A DNA stretch of 59,768 nt from Catajapyx aquilonaris (taxonomy: Eukaryota). The stretch's first letter is position 1. Every line of letters starts with the position of its first letter. The stretch is from NCBI GenBank assembly GCA_000934665.2, contig KZ538772.1, forward strand, positions 1-59,768. The letters are read 5' to 3'. Shown in pieces: positions 11,134 through 20,974 of this stretch. The notes under the pieces are model-generated. The model was not told the origin of the DNA. It was given only the letters and a program-made list of their open reading frames with translations, and did no database searches. Made by a program: the position numbers and the translations under genes.

Positions 11134-12058
11134 TAGTGAAACTTCTATAAGTTGAATTTCTATAACTCGAAATTCTCCATAACTCATAGTGCAGGCAGGG
11201 CCTTACGATGGGATATCAATGCATTTTCAGTCTCCCCAAGTCGAAGTTCATGCTGGCGAGTACGGAACATTTACTCATTTCCCAGCCAAAGGGTCGAGAG
11301 TAGGCCACATGTACAGAAAGGCTCAATTTCCTGATCTCCGTCTACCAGACGTACCGAAAGAAGTGTTTGACTCGATTGTGACAATTGAATCCTTGAATCT
11401 AAGAGTAGGCAAATGTCCATATCAGAGATTTTCTTACAACAAAACGAGGAACATTGTAAGTGTGATAGTGAGTTATTTATAAGTTTTGAACACCTTTGAA
11501 AGGTGTTAGCCTAGCAACGAAAGGTGACCTTTCCTCGCTAGATATAAAGGTAGGATTCCTCAGGGCTTCCTTATAGAGTTACGTGCTTTAAAAAATCCAC
11601 ACTTCTCTAACTCAAATCTTCTATAACTGGAAGTTTTTTTTTACGGTCCCATGGAGATTCGACTCATAGAAGTTGTGCTTTTCGTAATTGGTTTTTTTCT
11701 ATTTTTTTTATTACCCTGTGATAAAACTGGAAGTCATTATAGGGAGGTGGCAGACCACCACCAGTTTTCTAGTATGGTTTTTACTTCGCTCTCCGGTGCA
11801 GGGAGTCAAGGATGTAGAGTAAGAAAAGGGATTTTTGGGGGAGGGGACACGGGTGCAAGTGCAGTGTCTGGGCCATGTGCATTGTGCAGTCCCCCAGGAG
11901 GTCAGGTTGCCAGACACCTCCAAGGTGTGGGTCAGAGACCCTCCTGATGCAGCCGAAAGGGAAATCCTGGGAGGGGATCGAACCCGGGACCTTTCGATCA
12001 GCAAGCCGAGACATTACCATCTCGGCCACCACACCTCCCCGTTAGAGAAGTTTTACTG
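11134..12058. mobile_element. pogo/Tigger-like MITE carrying a SINE in its right TIR
   Basis: TA-TAGTGAAACTTCTATAA ... TTAGAGAAGTTTTACTG-TA, with the subterminal GGTCCCATGGAGATTCGA at 11645. Confidence 0.7.
11690..12040 (-). mobile_element. SINE family A, full length
   Basis: A box TGGCCGAGATGG, B box GGTTCGATCCC, GCACTTGCAC body and ATCACAGGGTA plus an A-rich tail. Confidence 0.85.
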
Positions 12059-12237
12059 TATCTCCAAATTTGTAGCATTCAACAAAATATTAATTGTGAA
12101 AAATAGCCTATAAGAAAAATTTCTCAAGATCTAAGAATGTACTGTACATTGTACAAACACTGCACAATCATGTGCAGAGGTGAAAGTCAAGAGTGGCTAT
12201 CTGCATTTTTGGCACCTTTTGAGCAGGCACTGACATG

Positions 12238-12573
12238 TTTTTTTTTGTTTTGTATTTTTTTTTAATTACCCCACTTAGGGAGCTACTTACTCCTTTGGTG
12301 GGGTGGATTTGTTGGAGCGTGTTAAGAAGGATCTTATTAGTTTACTCCAAGGGTATAGGTGGAAGGGGATATGCAAAGTGCATGTGCGCTGTCGTTGAGT
12401 GGTCATTTTGTGAACTCCCCGGGTGGATTAGTCTTTAAGAAATTGCCACCCGAAATGAAGCCAGAGATGGCCCAACTCTGCACGGATAAAGGTGGGAACC
12501 CCGGGTGGGGATTGAACCCGGGACCTTCATATCCGTGGGCGCACGCGTTACCGCGACGCCACTGCATCTCCCC
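12238..12573 (-). mobile_element. SINE family B
   Basis: tRNA-like head with GGTTCAATCCC and an A-rich tail. Near-copy of 44379-44790. Confidence 0.88.
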
Positions 12574-12639
12574 GACTAACATGAAAATCTTCAAGTAATG
12601 GTGCACTTAATGAGCCAAATACCTGGGTAGACATGAGTT

Positions 12640-12970
12640 TTTTTTTTATTATTTTTTTTATTGATACCCCGTGCTCGAGCCTGAGGCTCGTTTAGGGGGG
12701 TGGGCTACCACCATCTGTGGTGAAACTAGTATACTGAAAGTATTTAGTGTGTTTCACGGGTCGTTAGGAGGGGATGTGCAAAGTGCATGTGCGCTGTCGT
12801 TAATTGGTCATTTTGTGAACTCCCCCGGGTGGCTTAGTCTATCGGAAATTGCCACCCGAAACGAAGCCAGAGATGGCCCAACTCTGCACGAAAGAAGGTG
12901 GGAACCCCGGGTGGGGATCGACCTTAACTTCCGTGGGCGCGCGCGTTACCGCGGCGCCACTCCGTCTCCC
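12640..12970 (-). mobile_element. SINE family B with 16-bp TSD
   Basis: Direct repeat TGGGTAGACATGAGTT at 12624-12639 and 12972-12987. The B box is partly deleted. Confidence 0.9.
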
Positions 12971-13145
12971 ATGGGTAGACATGAGTTATCTTGGTACAAT
13001 AACAAGATGCTATGAAATGGTAAGAATCACATTTGCAGTGATAAAAATCAAACTTGAAAAGTGGAGCACTTTCTCCAAATGCAGGTTTGGTGAAGTAAGC
13101 CGCTTCTGCATTCCACGTCCTAAAGTAATCAAGTAATGACCGTAC

Positions 13146-13205
13146 CTGTCCCCAAAACTCATTCTCCATGCCCGTGTCCTGCTCCAGTGTTCCCTCTTGA
13201 AGCAT
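13146..13205 (-). CDS. Unidentified gene divergent from Tom20, exon 1 (MLQEGTLEQDTGMENEFWGQ)
   Basis: ATG 348 nt from the Tom20 ATG, donor CAG|GTACGG, phase 0. Confidence 0.6.
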
Positions 13206-13553
13206 GTACGATCCTTAAATCCCACAGCAATTAGGAATGAGCCCATGCGTCCGTAATGGCGTAATCACTCCAGCATCTCCATCTGCTCAACACCGCCGCT
13301 CAAGTTGAATCCCACATGGATAAACATGCATATGCATTGCGTCATTTGCGTGTGCATTGTTACCAATCTGAACCTTCTCCTCTACTCAGGACAGATGGCG
13401 CCCCTGAGGCTAAGAATGGCTGGTTGCCGAGCCTACCTGTAGTACACACTACACAATCCTTGGCTGTTCCCTTGTTGGTCATTCTCACTCGTACTCACTG
13501 GTGTGGTTCTGGGTACACGCTAGGCTTAGGCTGGGCAGCTTGGGCCGTACATC
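13206..13553. promoter_or_regulatory. Bidirectional promoter and 5'UTRs between the unknown gene and Tom20
   Basis: Head-to-head ATGs and locally retained CpGs. CCAAT near 13363, AGATGGCGC (YY1/CTCF-like) near 13393 and Inr-like TCATTC near 13479. Confidence 0.55.
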
Positions 13554-13680
13554 ATGACGATATCCAAAACGGCCCTGGGTATTGCCGCGGGGATATGCGG
13601 TACCATACTGATCGGGTACTGCATTTACTTCGACCGGAAGCGTCGTAACGACCCCAACTTCAAGAGGAAACTTCGTGAGC
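13554..13680 (+). CDS. Tom20: Tom20 exon 1
   Basis: MTISKTALGIAAGICGTILIGYCIYFDRKRRNDPNFKRKLRE, donor C|GTGAGT at 13681 (phase 1). Confidence 0.97.
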
Positions 13681-15925
13681 GTGAGTGCAGGAGTTTATTG
13701 GGGCTAATGGTGTTCCCTCTCATGGGGTGTCAACCAGGGTTCGATTTCCAGAATATTTGGATGGGTGTTAGTGTGCTTGTTGATAGAATGGGGATAGTAA
13801 TGATGCGACCTTTGCAGGACGAAGGGCCAACAGGGTGGCTGGCCGTGCAGGACGTTCCAAACTGCCAGACTTGAAGGACCATGAGGCTGTTCAGCGCTTC
13901 TTCCTCCAGGAGGTATGTTAATGATATCAATGTGGCTGTCGAGATTTGCAGAGGTCAAGTTGGTGCCATTTTAGCAGAATACCTACTCTTTTAGTGGGCT
14001 GGAAATTTGGACCCACAGGCATAGTTTTGCAGTCATATACAGGATTGTTCTAAGTTTTTGGGTCATTTTTAGTTATTAATATTGCCCAAAGTAGTTATTC
14101 TTGTGTAATAAGTTGCACCCTGATCCAGCTAATTGAATGTAGCAGTTTCTATAGAACCTGATTAGGGGCACAACAAGCCGCAAAAAAATAACAGCTTCAA
14201 CAGAAATTTCTGTGAAATTTGTGAATTGCTGCCACACAAAAACCACTTCTTTAAGGTCACGTGCAAACAATTCAGGAGAAACTTGTTGCCTGAGCAGATA
14301 GCTAGAATGCAAACATGCATGCACCACGAAGCTTCGTATGCAAGTTGCCTGGTTTCTTGCATGTAAGAAACTTGGGGGAAACATGGAGGTATGTGGCCGC
14401 AATGAGCCTACCATCTAGCAGGGAAACATGATGCTTGGAAATAGGCTCCACATTTCTTGTTTGCGCCCAGCCTATATAGCTAATCTCCCCACATAACAGT
14501 AGAACTAATGAAACTGCCTTCACTCTGTGTGCCTCTCTGCACCACAGTGACAATTACCCCAGGGAACAGTTACCATGTCCACCAACAAATCTGTTGGCAG
14601 AACTGTTTTGTCAGTATTTCTCTCTCCCCTCCCACTCCCTCTCTCTCACTCCATCTGCAGGTGTCAGTCTCTGTCCTCATAACATCATGGCCTTTAGAGT
14701 ACTTTCCATGGCTTAGGCTGGGTTTCACTTCTTGTACTACACAAGGACCTCAAAAATTATAGTTTTATAGAACCTAAAATTTCCTATTTCGGGCGTTGGG
14801 ACCTAAATTGTCACCTATTTCCACCTTTTTGATGCTGTTCTGTAAGATTTTCGAGAGTTTTGCGGGTTTTTCGTTCAAGACATCCCTCCTGCTTCAACCT
14901 GCAAAGGGCGAAGAAGTTGTAGACATGCCAGATGAACTGGCTGTAGAAGACACTTCACTTTTCAAGTATGATCCAATTGCTTCATGTGACGTCGAAAAGT
15001 CATTTTCAGTGTATAAACATGTATTGTCAGAGAGGCATCACCTACTAAACAAGGAAAATAGGGAACATCTGCTAGTTTGTTACTTTCTGCAAAATTCCAT
15101 GGCCAAAAGTTGGCTGTACCTACTAAATCATTTGTGGATTTTTGCACAGGAATGAAAATAAATTAGGACCTGCTTGATTTTTACTGCCTAGATAAGAGCC
15201 TATTTTGACTGGGTGGAATTTTCGTCACGCATCCAGTTACTGCTAACTTAGCCGTACCAAAATGCACAACACTGGAGGTACTGCTAAGTTAGTAGTAACT
15301 AGCAGTGCGACAAAAATTCCACTCACTGTTTTAAGGCTACACAGTTGGTGGTTACTCGGTCGAGTAGGAGATTACGCTTGCGCAGTAGCCTACTCACCCT
15401 GTGAATCGGTGTGAAACCCATTCGGGAGGCGAGTGAACATGCACAGTAGGCTACTCTCTGCACTGCTGGGCCGAGTAACTCGCTATGTGTGTACCCTGCT
15501 TAAATGCCTACCTATTTGAGGGTTTTTTAGAACCAAAAAATCCGTTCTTTACTTATTACAAAGGTTTCAAGTCAATTTAGAGTAGTAGATTCAGATGGGG
15601 CAAAAAGGTTACTAATGCACATCATTACAGGTCCAGTTGGGTGAAGAGCTGCTCACCCAGGGCAATTTGGATGAGGGCGTTGAACATTTGAGCAACGCCG
15701 TCGCTGTGTGCGGTCAGCCACAACAGCTGTTGCAGGTTTTGCAACAGACTCTGCCTCCTCAAGTGTTCCACATGCTGCTGCAGCACCTGCCTACAGTAGG
15801 ACAGGTACGTTTAGGAATGTCACAGATCTTGTGCAGAATTATGATGTATTTTCTTGTTGCAGAGACTGGTAGTGCACACCAATCAGGAAGATGTGGCAGC
15901 CATTACTGATGATGATGTTGAGTGA
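13554..15925 (+). CDS. Tom20: Mitochondrial import receptor subunit TOM20, full gene span (4 exons, 152 aa)
   Basis: Exons 13554-13680, 13818-13912, 15631-15804 and 15863-15925 join in frame through GT-AG introns. The product has the TM segment plus GYCIYFDRKRRNDPNFKRKLRERRR, LPDLKDHEAVQRFFLQEVQLGEELL, NAVAVCGQPQQLLQVLQQTLPP and the acidic C-terminus DDDVE*, all hallmarks of the MAS20/TOMM20 family. Confidence 0.98.
13818..13912 (+). CDS. Tom20: Tom20 exon 2
   Basis: Acceptor tttgcag, RRANRVAGRAGRSKLPDLKDHEAVQRFFLQE, donor GAG|GTATGT. Confidence 0.96.
14900..15090 (+). pseudogene. hAT-like transposase C-terminal (dimerisation motif) relic in Tom20 intron 2
   Basis: FKYDPIASCDVEKSFSVYKHVLSERHHLLNKENREHLLVCY resembles the YAPxTSxDVERSFSxYKxxL motif. 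Confidence 0.75.
15211..15324. mobile_element. Short TIR element with 3-bp TSD ACT
   Basis: GGGTGGAATTTTCGTCACGC ... GCGACAAAAATTCCACTC. The element is almost entirely a hairpin. Confidence 0.75.
15631..15804 (+). CDS. Tom20: Tom20 exon 3
   Basis: Acceptor cattacag, VQLGEELLTQGNLDEGVEHLSNAVAVCGQPQQLLQVLQQTLPPQVFHMLLQHLPTVGQ, donor CAG|GTACGT. Confidence 0.97.
15863..15925 (+). CDS. Tom20: Tom20 exon 4 (terminal)
   Basis: Acceptor ttcttgttgcag after a 58-nt intron, RLVVHTNQEDVAAITDDDVE*. A candidate AATAAA lies at 17500-17505. Confidence 0.93.
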   Translation, partial: RLVVHTNQEDVAAITDDDVE

Positions 15926-16920
15926 GCTGCCCTTCCAAAGGAAGAAAGTTTTCTGTCAATAGTTCATGGGCATTAGAAGGAAAAAGTTAACAAACTGCCC
16001 TGTTAAGTTCAGTGCACATTTGAAGTACAAGACAGGACTATGGTTAATGTCCCTGCACTATAATCATGATTGGTCTTTTTTTTCTCTCTTCTTTCTTTCT
16101 ACAAGTTACAAATAAGGTATATTTTAAGGAATGATTGTTACAAGTAAGCTGTTACACCTATTTTTGGGAGGAAAAGGCATATTACGTGTATATGGTTAGA
16201 AGTAGCATTTATGGTTGAAATGTGATCTGGCAAGTTTTGCGTTGGTAGCCAAGTTCTATGGAGAGGCAAGGATTTTGGTGGCTGCCAATTCAGCATTACA
16301 TGATCAGATTTCTACTGGGAGTCAAGTTATTCTAAAATTTGATCCCAATGACATAACCCTAGTCAAGATCTCCCACTAGAGGTGGCTCATGTTGAGTTGC
16401 CCTAAGGGGCAGAGAGAGGAACTGGTTGAGTAACTTGGCCTTGTAAAAGGTATTCTGCCACCTTACCAGAAACAGCCATAACTGCATTGTGTGATAAGAT
16501 GAGTTTTTCATTTAGACTCCAGCATCCAGCGGCACCTCACAGACTCACACATTGCAGTTATGGCGCTTTTTTCTGTAGAAACAAGTAATATTTTTCATGT
16601 GTTACAAGGGAGTGGCAATTTGCATAGTCCAGCCAATAGCTTGTGGCAGTCTTAACCCATTCTCTTGTCATCCAATGTCCCATGTCATCCCACACCCCCA
16701 CCAAGGTGTGATAACAGGGCAACATCGCCCTTATGGAAATGGATACTTGTCATGTCTTGCATTTAATACGAGGACTTTCTGTCAAATATTATTGCAGGCA
16801 CACTTTCAGAAATCTGTGTCGTTACCTGCATCATACCTGCAGGCTATGTGGAAAGGATGAGCGTCATCAATTATTACATTTTCCTCATAATACCTTAGAA
16901 GCTACTGGATGCATGGCCGC

Positions 16921-17208
16921 AGGGCATGGTGGTCTAGTGGCTATGCTACTGGCCAGCCAAGCAGGAGCTCCAGGGTTCAAATCCCGTCCCTGTACCTTCG
17001 CTTGGTTGGGTATTTTTCCGCTTTTCACCCGACTTGTCCAGGCAGACTTGCACTCCCGTGTCTGCCCAGGGCCAAGAGAAAAGATCTGGTATTTAAGAGG
17101 GTCTGAAATGACTAGTAATTACTAAGAGCACCCTCCCTTGGGAACCTCCCATTCCCCCCCCCCCCTAAAAGGGCCTCTGGCCCTATCATGGGGTATTAAA
17201 ACAAAACA
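16921..17208 (+). mobile_element. SINE family C
   Basis: A box TGGTCTAGTGG, B box GGTTCAAATCCC, tail GGGCCTCTGGCCCTATCATGGGGTA. Confidence 0.82.
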
Positions 17209-17756
17209 CACTGTGCATGACATGACAACTAAGCCTCTTCTTATCACCGAAGTTGTTGCATTTTGGTTGGAGTGTGGGGTGGGATTAATATAAGATGGTG
17301 GGGTAGAACTGCTACAGGATCAGCAGTCCATCTTTTGTTGCTCTTTTCCTACAATTTGGTAAAGCTTGTGACAACCTAAGCTTGAGTTCTTCCATACATA
17401 TACATGTCGTGTCATTACTACTACTGTCTTACTCTTGTATCGAACTCCTAAGAGGAAAGTGTGCAGCTTACCTGCATAACCATGAATTTAGGGAACGTGA
17501 ATAAAACTTCTTCCTTTTAATTTTATGAGTACCACAGAAGTGAATTTTATTAAATTAATGCCAACCCAAGCTAAACAATGACCAAAAGTAACCATGTCAC
17601 TAAACGTTCCTCACTCCCAATGGCATTGCCACGAGTGTCCGATATAGTATGTGGAAAGGGCCATTAACCACCAAGGGGGGGCCACTCATGCATGTGCCAT
17701 CCACACATGTGGTCATGGAAATTTTCACATCCTTCCCATTCATGGGAGATGATAAT

Positions 17757-18760
17757 GGGCCGAATTTTCGTCTTTTTATTAGCCACTGTTTAGGGTTTAG
17801 GGTTTAGAGGTTCTGACTATTATCTTAGGACTGACGGAATTTTTATGCTTCTGCTTAGGCACTACTAAACATGGAACTGAGTAGTTAATAGAAGTGAGGT
17901 TAGAGACACCCGGGGTGTCTCTCAGTCACCCTGTCATATGAGGAATGCCCTACGTGGTGACGACTGTTCGACTTGTAGATCGCGTTCGGGGCCTTCGACA
18001 TGTTTTACAGGTGCCAAGGCGCTACCTGCCCCTCCTGGATCATTTCATGAGATACAGGGTGATACAGCATCCAACCACTTTTGTATGCCAGTCTGCACAT
18101 ACAGCAAAAATAACAGTTATTTAAATAGCTGTTGCTAAAAGTATGTGTAAGGATCACCTCTCCCCAGAAGTTTGTCATACCTGGAAGTAAATTTGGGGAA
18201 ACAGAATCGGGGGGCGCAACAAGGTACAAAAATAACTACCGTATCACCTCACGTAAAGCGGCATGCTGGTGTAGTCGAGGTCGACCCGTTTTTAGAAATG
18301 CACGATCTGGTGGCTACAACAGCATGCCGGTCTAAGCAAGGTATGCCAGTATAGGGCAAGGTTTTCTTAAGCACAGCATTATGTCACGATCTCTGAAAAT
18401 TATTATTACTCAAATGACTGCATTGCACCATGTTCACAAGGAATAACCCAGATCATGACCCAGATATACTGCCTTGAGGGCCTTGCTCCATAATCATGAA
18501 CGTTGCATTGTCCATCGTCACCTTCTCTTTCACTTGTTTACACCGGGAGGCATGTCGTGCGCAGGCGCCGACTGTCAATGGTCACTATTAAGTACTTCAT
18601 CATACTGATTAGGCTAGACAGCACTGGTTTGTAAAAAGCGGCTGATCGCTAATAGAAGGACGAAAATTCCACGTAAACAGTACCACTAAAAGCGGCTACG
18701 CAGTTACTAATTAATCAGTTCTGAATAGACTCGACTAGAGGAAAGACGAAAATTAGACCC
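17757..18760. mobile_element. 1-kb TIR element with 3-bp TSD AAT
   Basis: GGGCCGAATTTTCGTCTT ... AAGACGAAAATTAGACCC, with an extra internal TIR-like end at about 18659-18673. Confidence 0.68.
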
Positions 18761-20833
18761 AATGTTATTTTTGTTATTATGCAAGGTGCAGCGAGACCAT
18801 GTTTCATGCATCTTGTGATCCAGGACACTAGTTGAAGTCTGCTCTCCCACTCCATACACTGGGTCAGCCCGCTGACACACATACTATACGGTAGTTTAGT
18901 ATAAAAGTCTTCGCCATGCGGGGAATTTGGCACTGGGGCCCCCCCAACAGGCATTTGTCGGTGGCAGCCACCTGAATCCTTGTCTACAAACGCCCTCCGA
19001 GGAAAGGACGGTTTGGGTTGGTTCTGAAGGCGGCCAACCCAAACCGACCCCCCAGTAGTTTCCTGTGGGGCTTTTATATTGAACTACCCTCAACATAAGG
19101 CTAGGCTGGAAGTACCAGGGGGCTGCACTGGGTCATAGGATAGTAATCAAGTTAGCAGAACTTTAACTTGACACCACAGTCACTCTTGCACAAGACCATG
19201 GGATGAACTTGAGACCCCACCTCCTCTCTTGTGAGCCAATGGGAATAATTGCCAGATGAAGTGGAATTGTAGAATTAGAACATATAATTTAAGAACATTT
19301 GCAAGCGTATCGATTGTAGAGTACAGAGTAACAATTTATGAATGGATGAGCTTGAAGGTGTTTTCCCTAATTGGGTGTTCATTTTTTTTGGTCTCTTGCT
19401 GTGGTTGTCACAGGAGATACAGAAATTATGTGAATTCAGATCCTGCTGGCATCTGCCTTGCTCTGACCCAGCAGCACTACGATGCAGGCAGACCCAGCAG
19501 ATCATGACAACCAACATGGCAATTGATGAGTCACACAGTACATGTTGAAGTTGAATCTCAGACTGTACGCTGCCATGTTGATTTCGTCACGTCAAATCAG
19601 CTCCAATTTTGTGGCAAGCAGAAGAAAAACTCCCACCTGGTGGATGCTGGGCCTTCAGATCTGTCAGGTTAGACTGCCAGCAAACGTCTCCTTGGAAGTT
19701 GTACTCGGATATATACGTGCATTAAAATCAGTGTGATGGAAACCTGAGTTTCATTCCTGGCTCCTATGTAAATCTGGAAAAGACATCTCCATAACTTCTC
19801 CATTGGTTCCTATATTTCAATATATTTTATTCACTTCCATCTTTCACCTGTACATTAAACCTAAGCTGTCTCAGGTCAAGGACAGCTGTAAGGTATAGGG
19901 CGACAATTTCCGCCTTGATTTTTCAAAGGCAGTGCTATACTGTTGAAATTAATTCACGTTTGTCTTTACAAATCACTGCTATATAATGCTTTTTTTCTCA
20001 TCAAAGGAATACATGAAATTGTTTTCCACACAGGTAGACAACCAAAAAAACAGGCGAGCAGCACTCAGCAATTCCGGGCATGCTCTAGGGGGCATACCCC
20101 CTGAAAATAAATTTAAAGAGGGCCAATCATACAGTCCTCCTTGCCATCCGGGTTCCTGTGGAAATACTTTTTACTTTTTTTTATATATATTTTATTTTTT
20201 TCCGGTTCAGATCGTTTACAAAGTGGGTTGGATTACATCAGATCCAACCTACTTTCAGTTCGATCTGGCCCTACAGTTTTCCCTTGAGCTATTTACAAAC
20301 ACTATGTACACCTCTTTACTATTGGTGTCTCCGAAAAAAAAAAAAAAAAAACATGTTTTCATTGGTACTGAATAAGATAAGGGGGTTGCTGTGGAATGAA
20401 TGTGTTATCGTTTTATGAGGGGGGCATGGGAAAGGCGATATAAGCCTGCCGTGCGGTGCCTGCCACGTTCGCCACTCTTCCTGCTACTGCGACGACAGGC
20501 ACCTGGGTAAAGGCGACATCATCCACCGCAATTTCTGAATATACTGTTGGGAGGGGAGCAGGGTTGGGGCCGAGAATTGCACACGCGTTGTGCAGGGAAA
20601 GGAACTCTGGCCAGCCACTCGTGGAATTGGCAAATCAGGGTCTTTCCTCATGAGGTGTATATGAGTAGGGATGAGGAAGGGATACCTCACGACAGCAACT
20701 GAACATAGGGAGAGGGATGAGGGGTGACAAAGATGGAAATAAAAAATACTAAGTTTCCACATGACTCAAATCTGAGAGTACCTGTGCCATTTTGCCAGGC
20801 AACTCTCGGAAAAAAAATAAAATAAGGAATGAA

Positions 20834-20974
20834 CTAGTTGGAAGCCGGTTCGGCCTCATTGGTCGCCTTGTTCCCGGGCTCGCCGGACTGGTCAGATGGC
20901 ACCGCCAATGCGCCCTCCTCTTTGGCATCTTCGCCTTGCTTCTCAGGCAACTCTGGCAGCGCATCAGCAAATAC
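20834..20974 (-). CDS. RhoGEF2: RhoGEF terminal coding exon
   Basis: Acceptor ttctttgtag, VFADALPELPEKQGEDAKEEG...EAEPASN*. A minus-strand AATAAA lies at 19826-19831. Confidence 0.82.
   Translation of the reverse strand, partial: VFADALPELPEKQGEDAKEEGALAVPSDQSGEPGNKATNEAEPASN

Noticed and set aside
14340..14456. H/ACA snoRNA in Tom20 intron 2 (hairpin GAGCCTA...TAGGCTC followed by ACA)
   Set aside because: There is no ANANNA H box between the hairpins. An Rfam or snoGPS scan would be needed.
16733..16900. ORF with CRLCG as a gene
   Set aside because: It looks at best like a decayed LINE zinc-binding tail, and the ORF runs into a SINE.
17788..17812. TTTAGGG telomere-like repeat
   Set aside because: Only about three imperfect units inside a TIR element.
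19300..19750. Decayed reverse transcriptase fragment
   Set aside because: Only faint resemblance to the PQG and YADD motifs, too weak to call.
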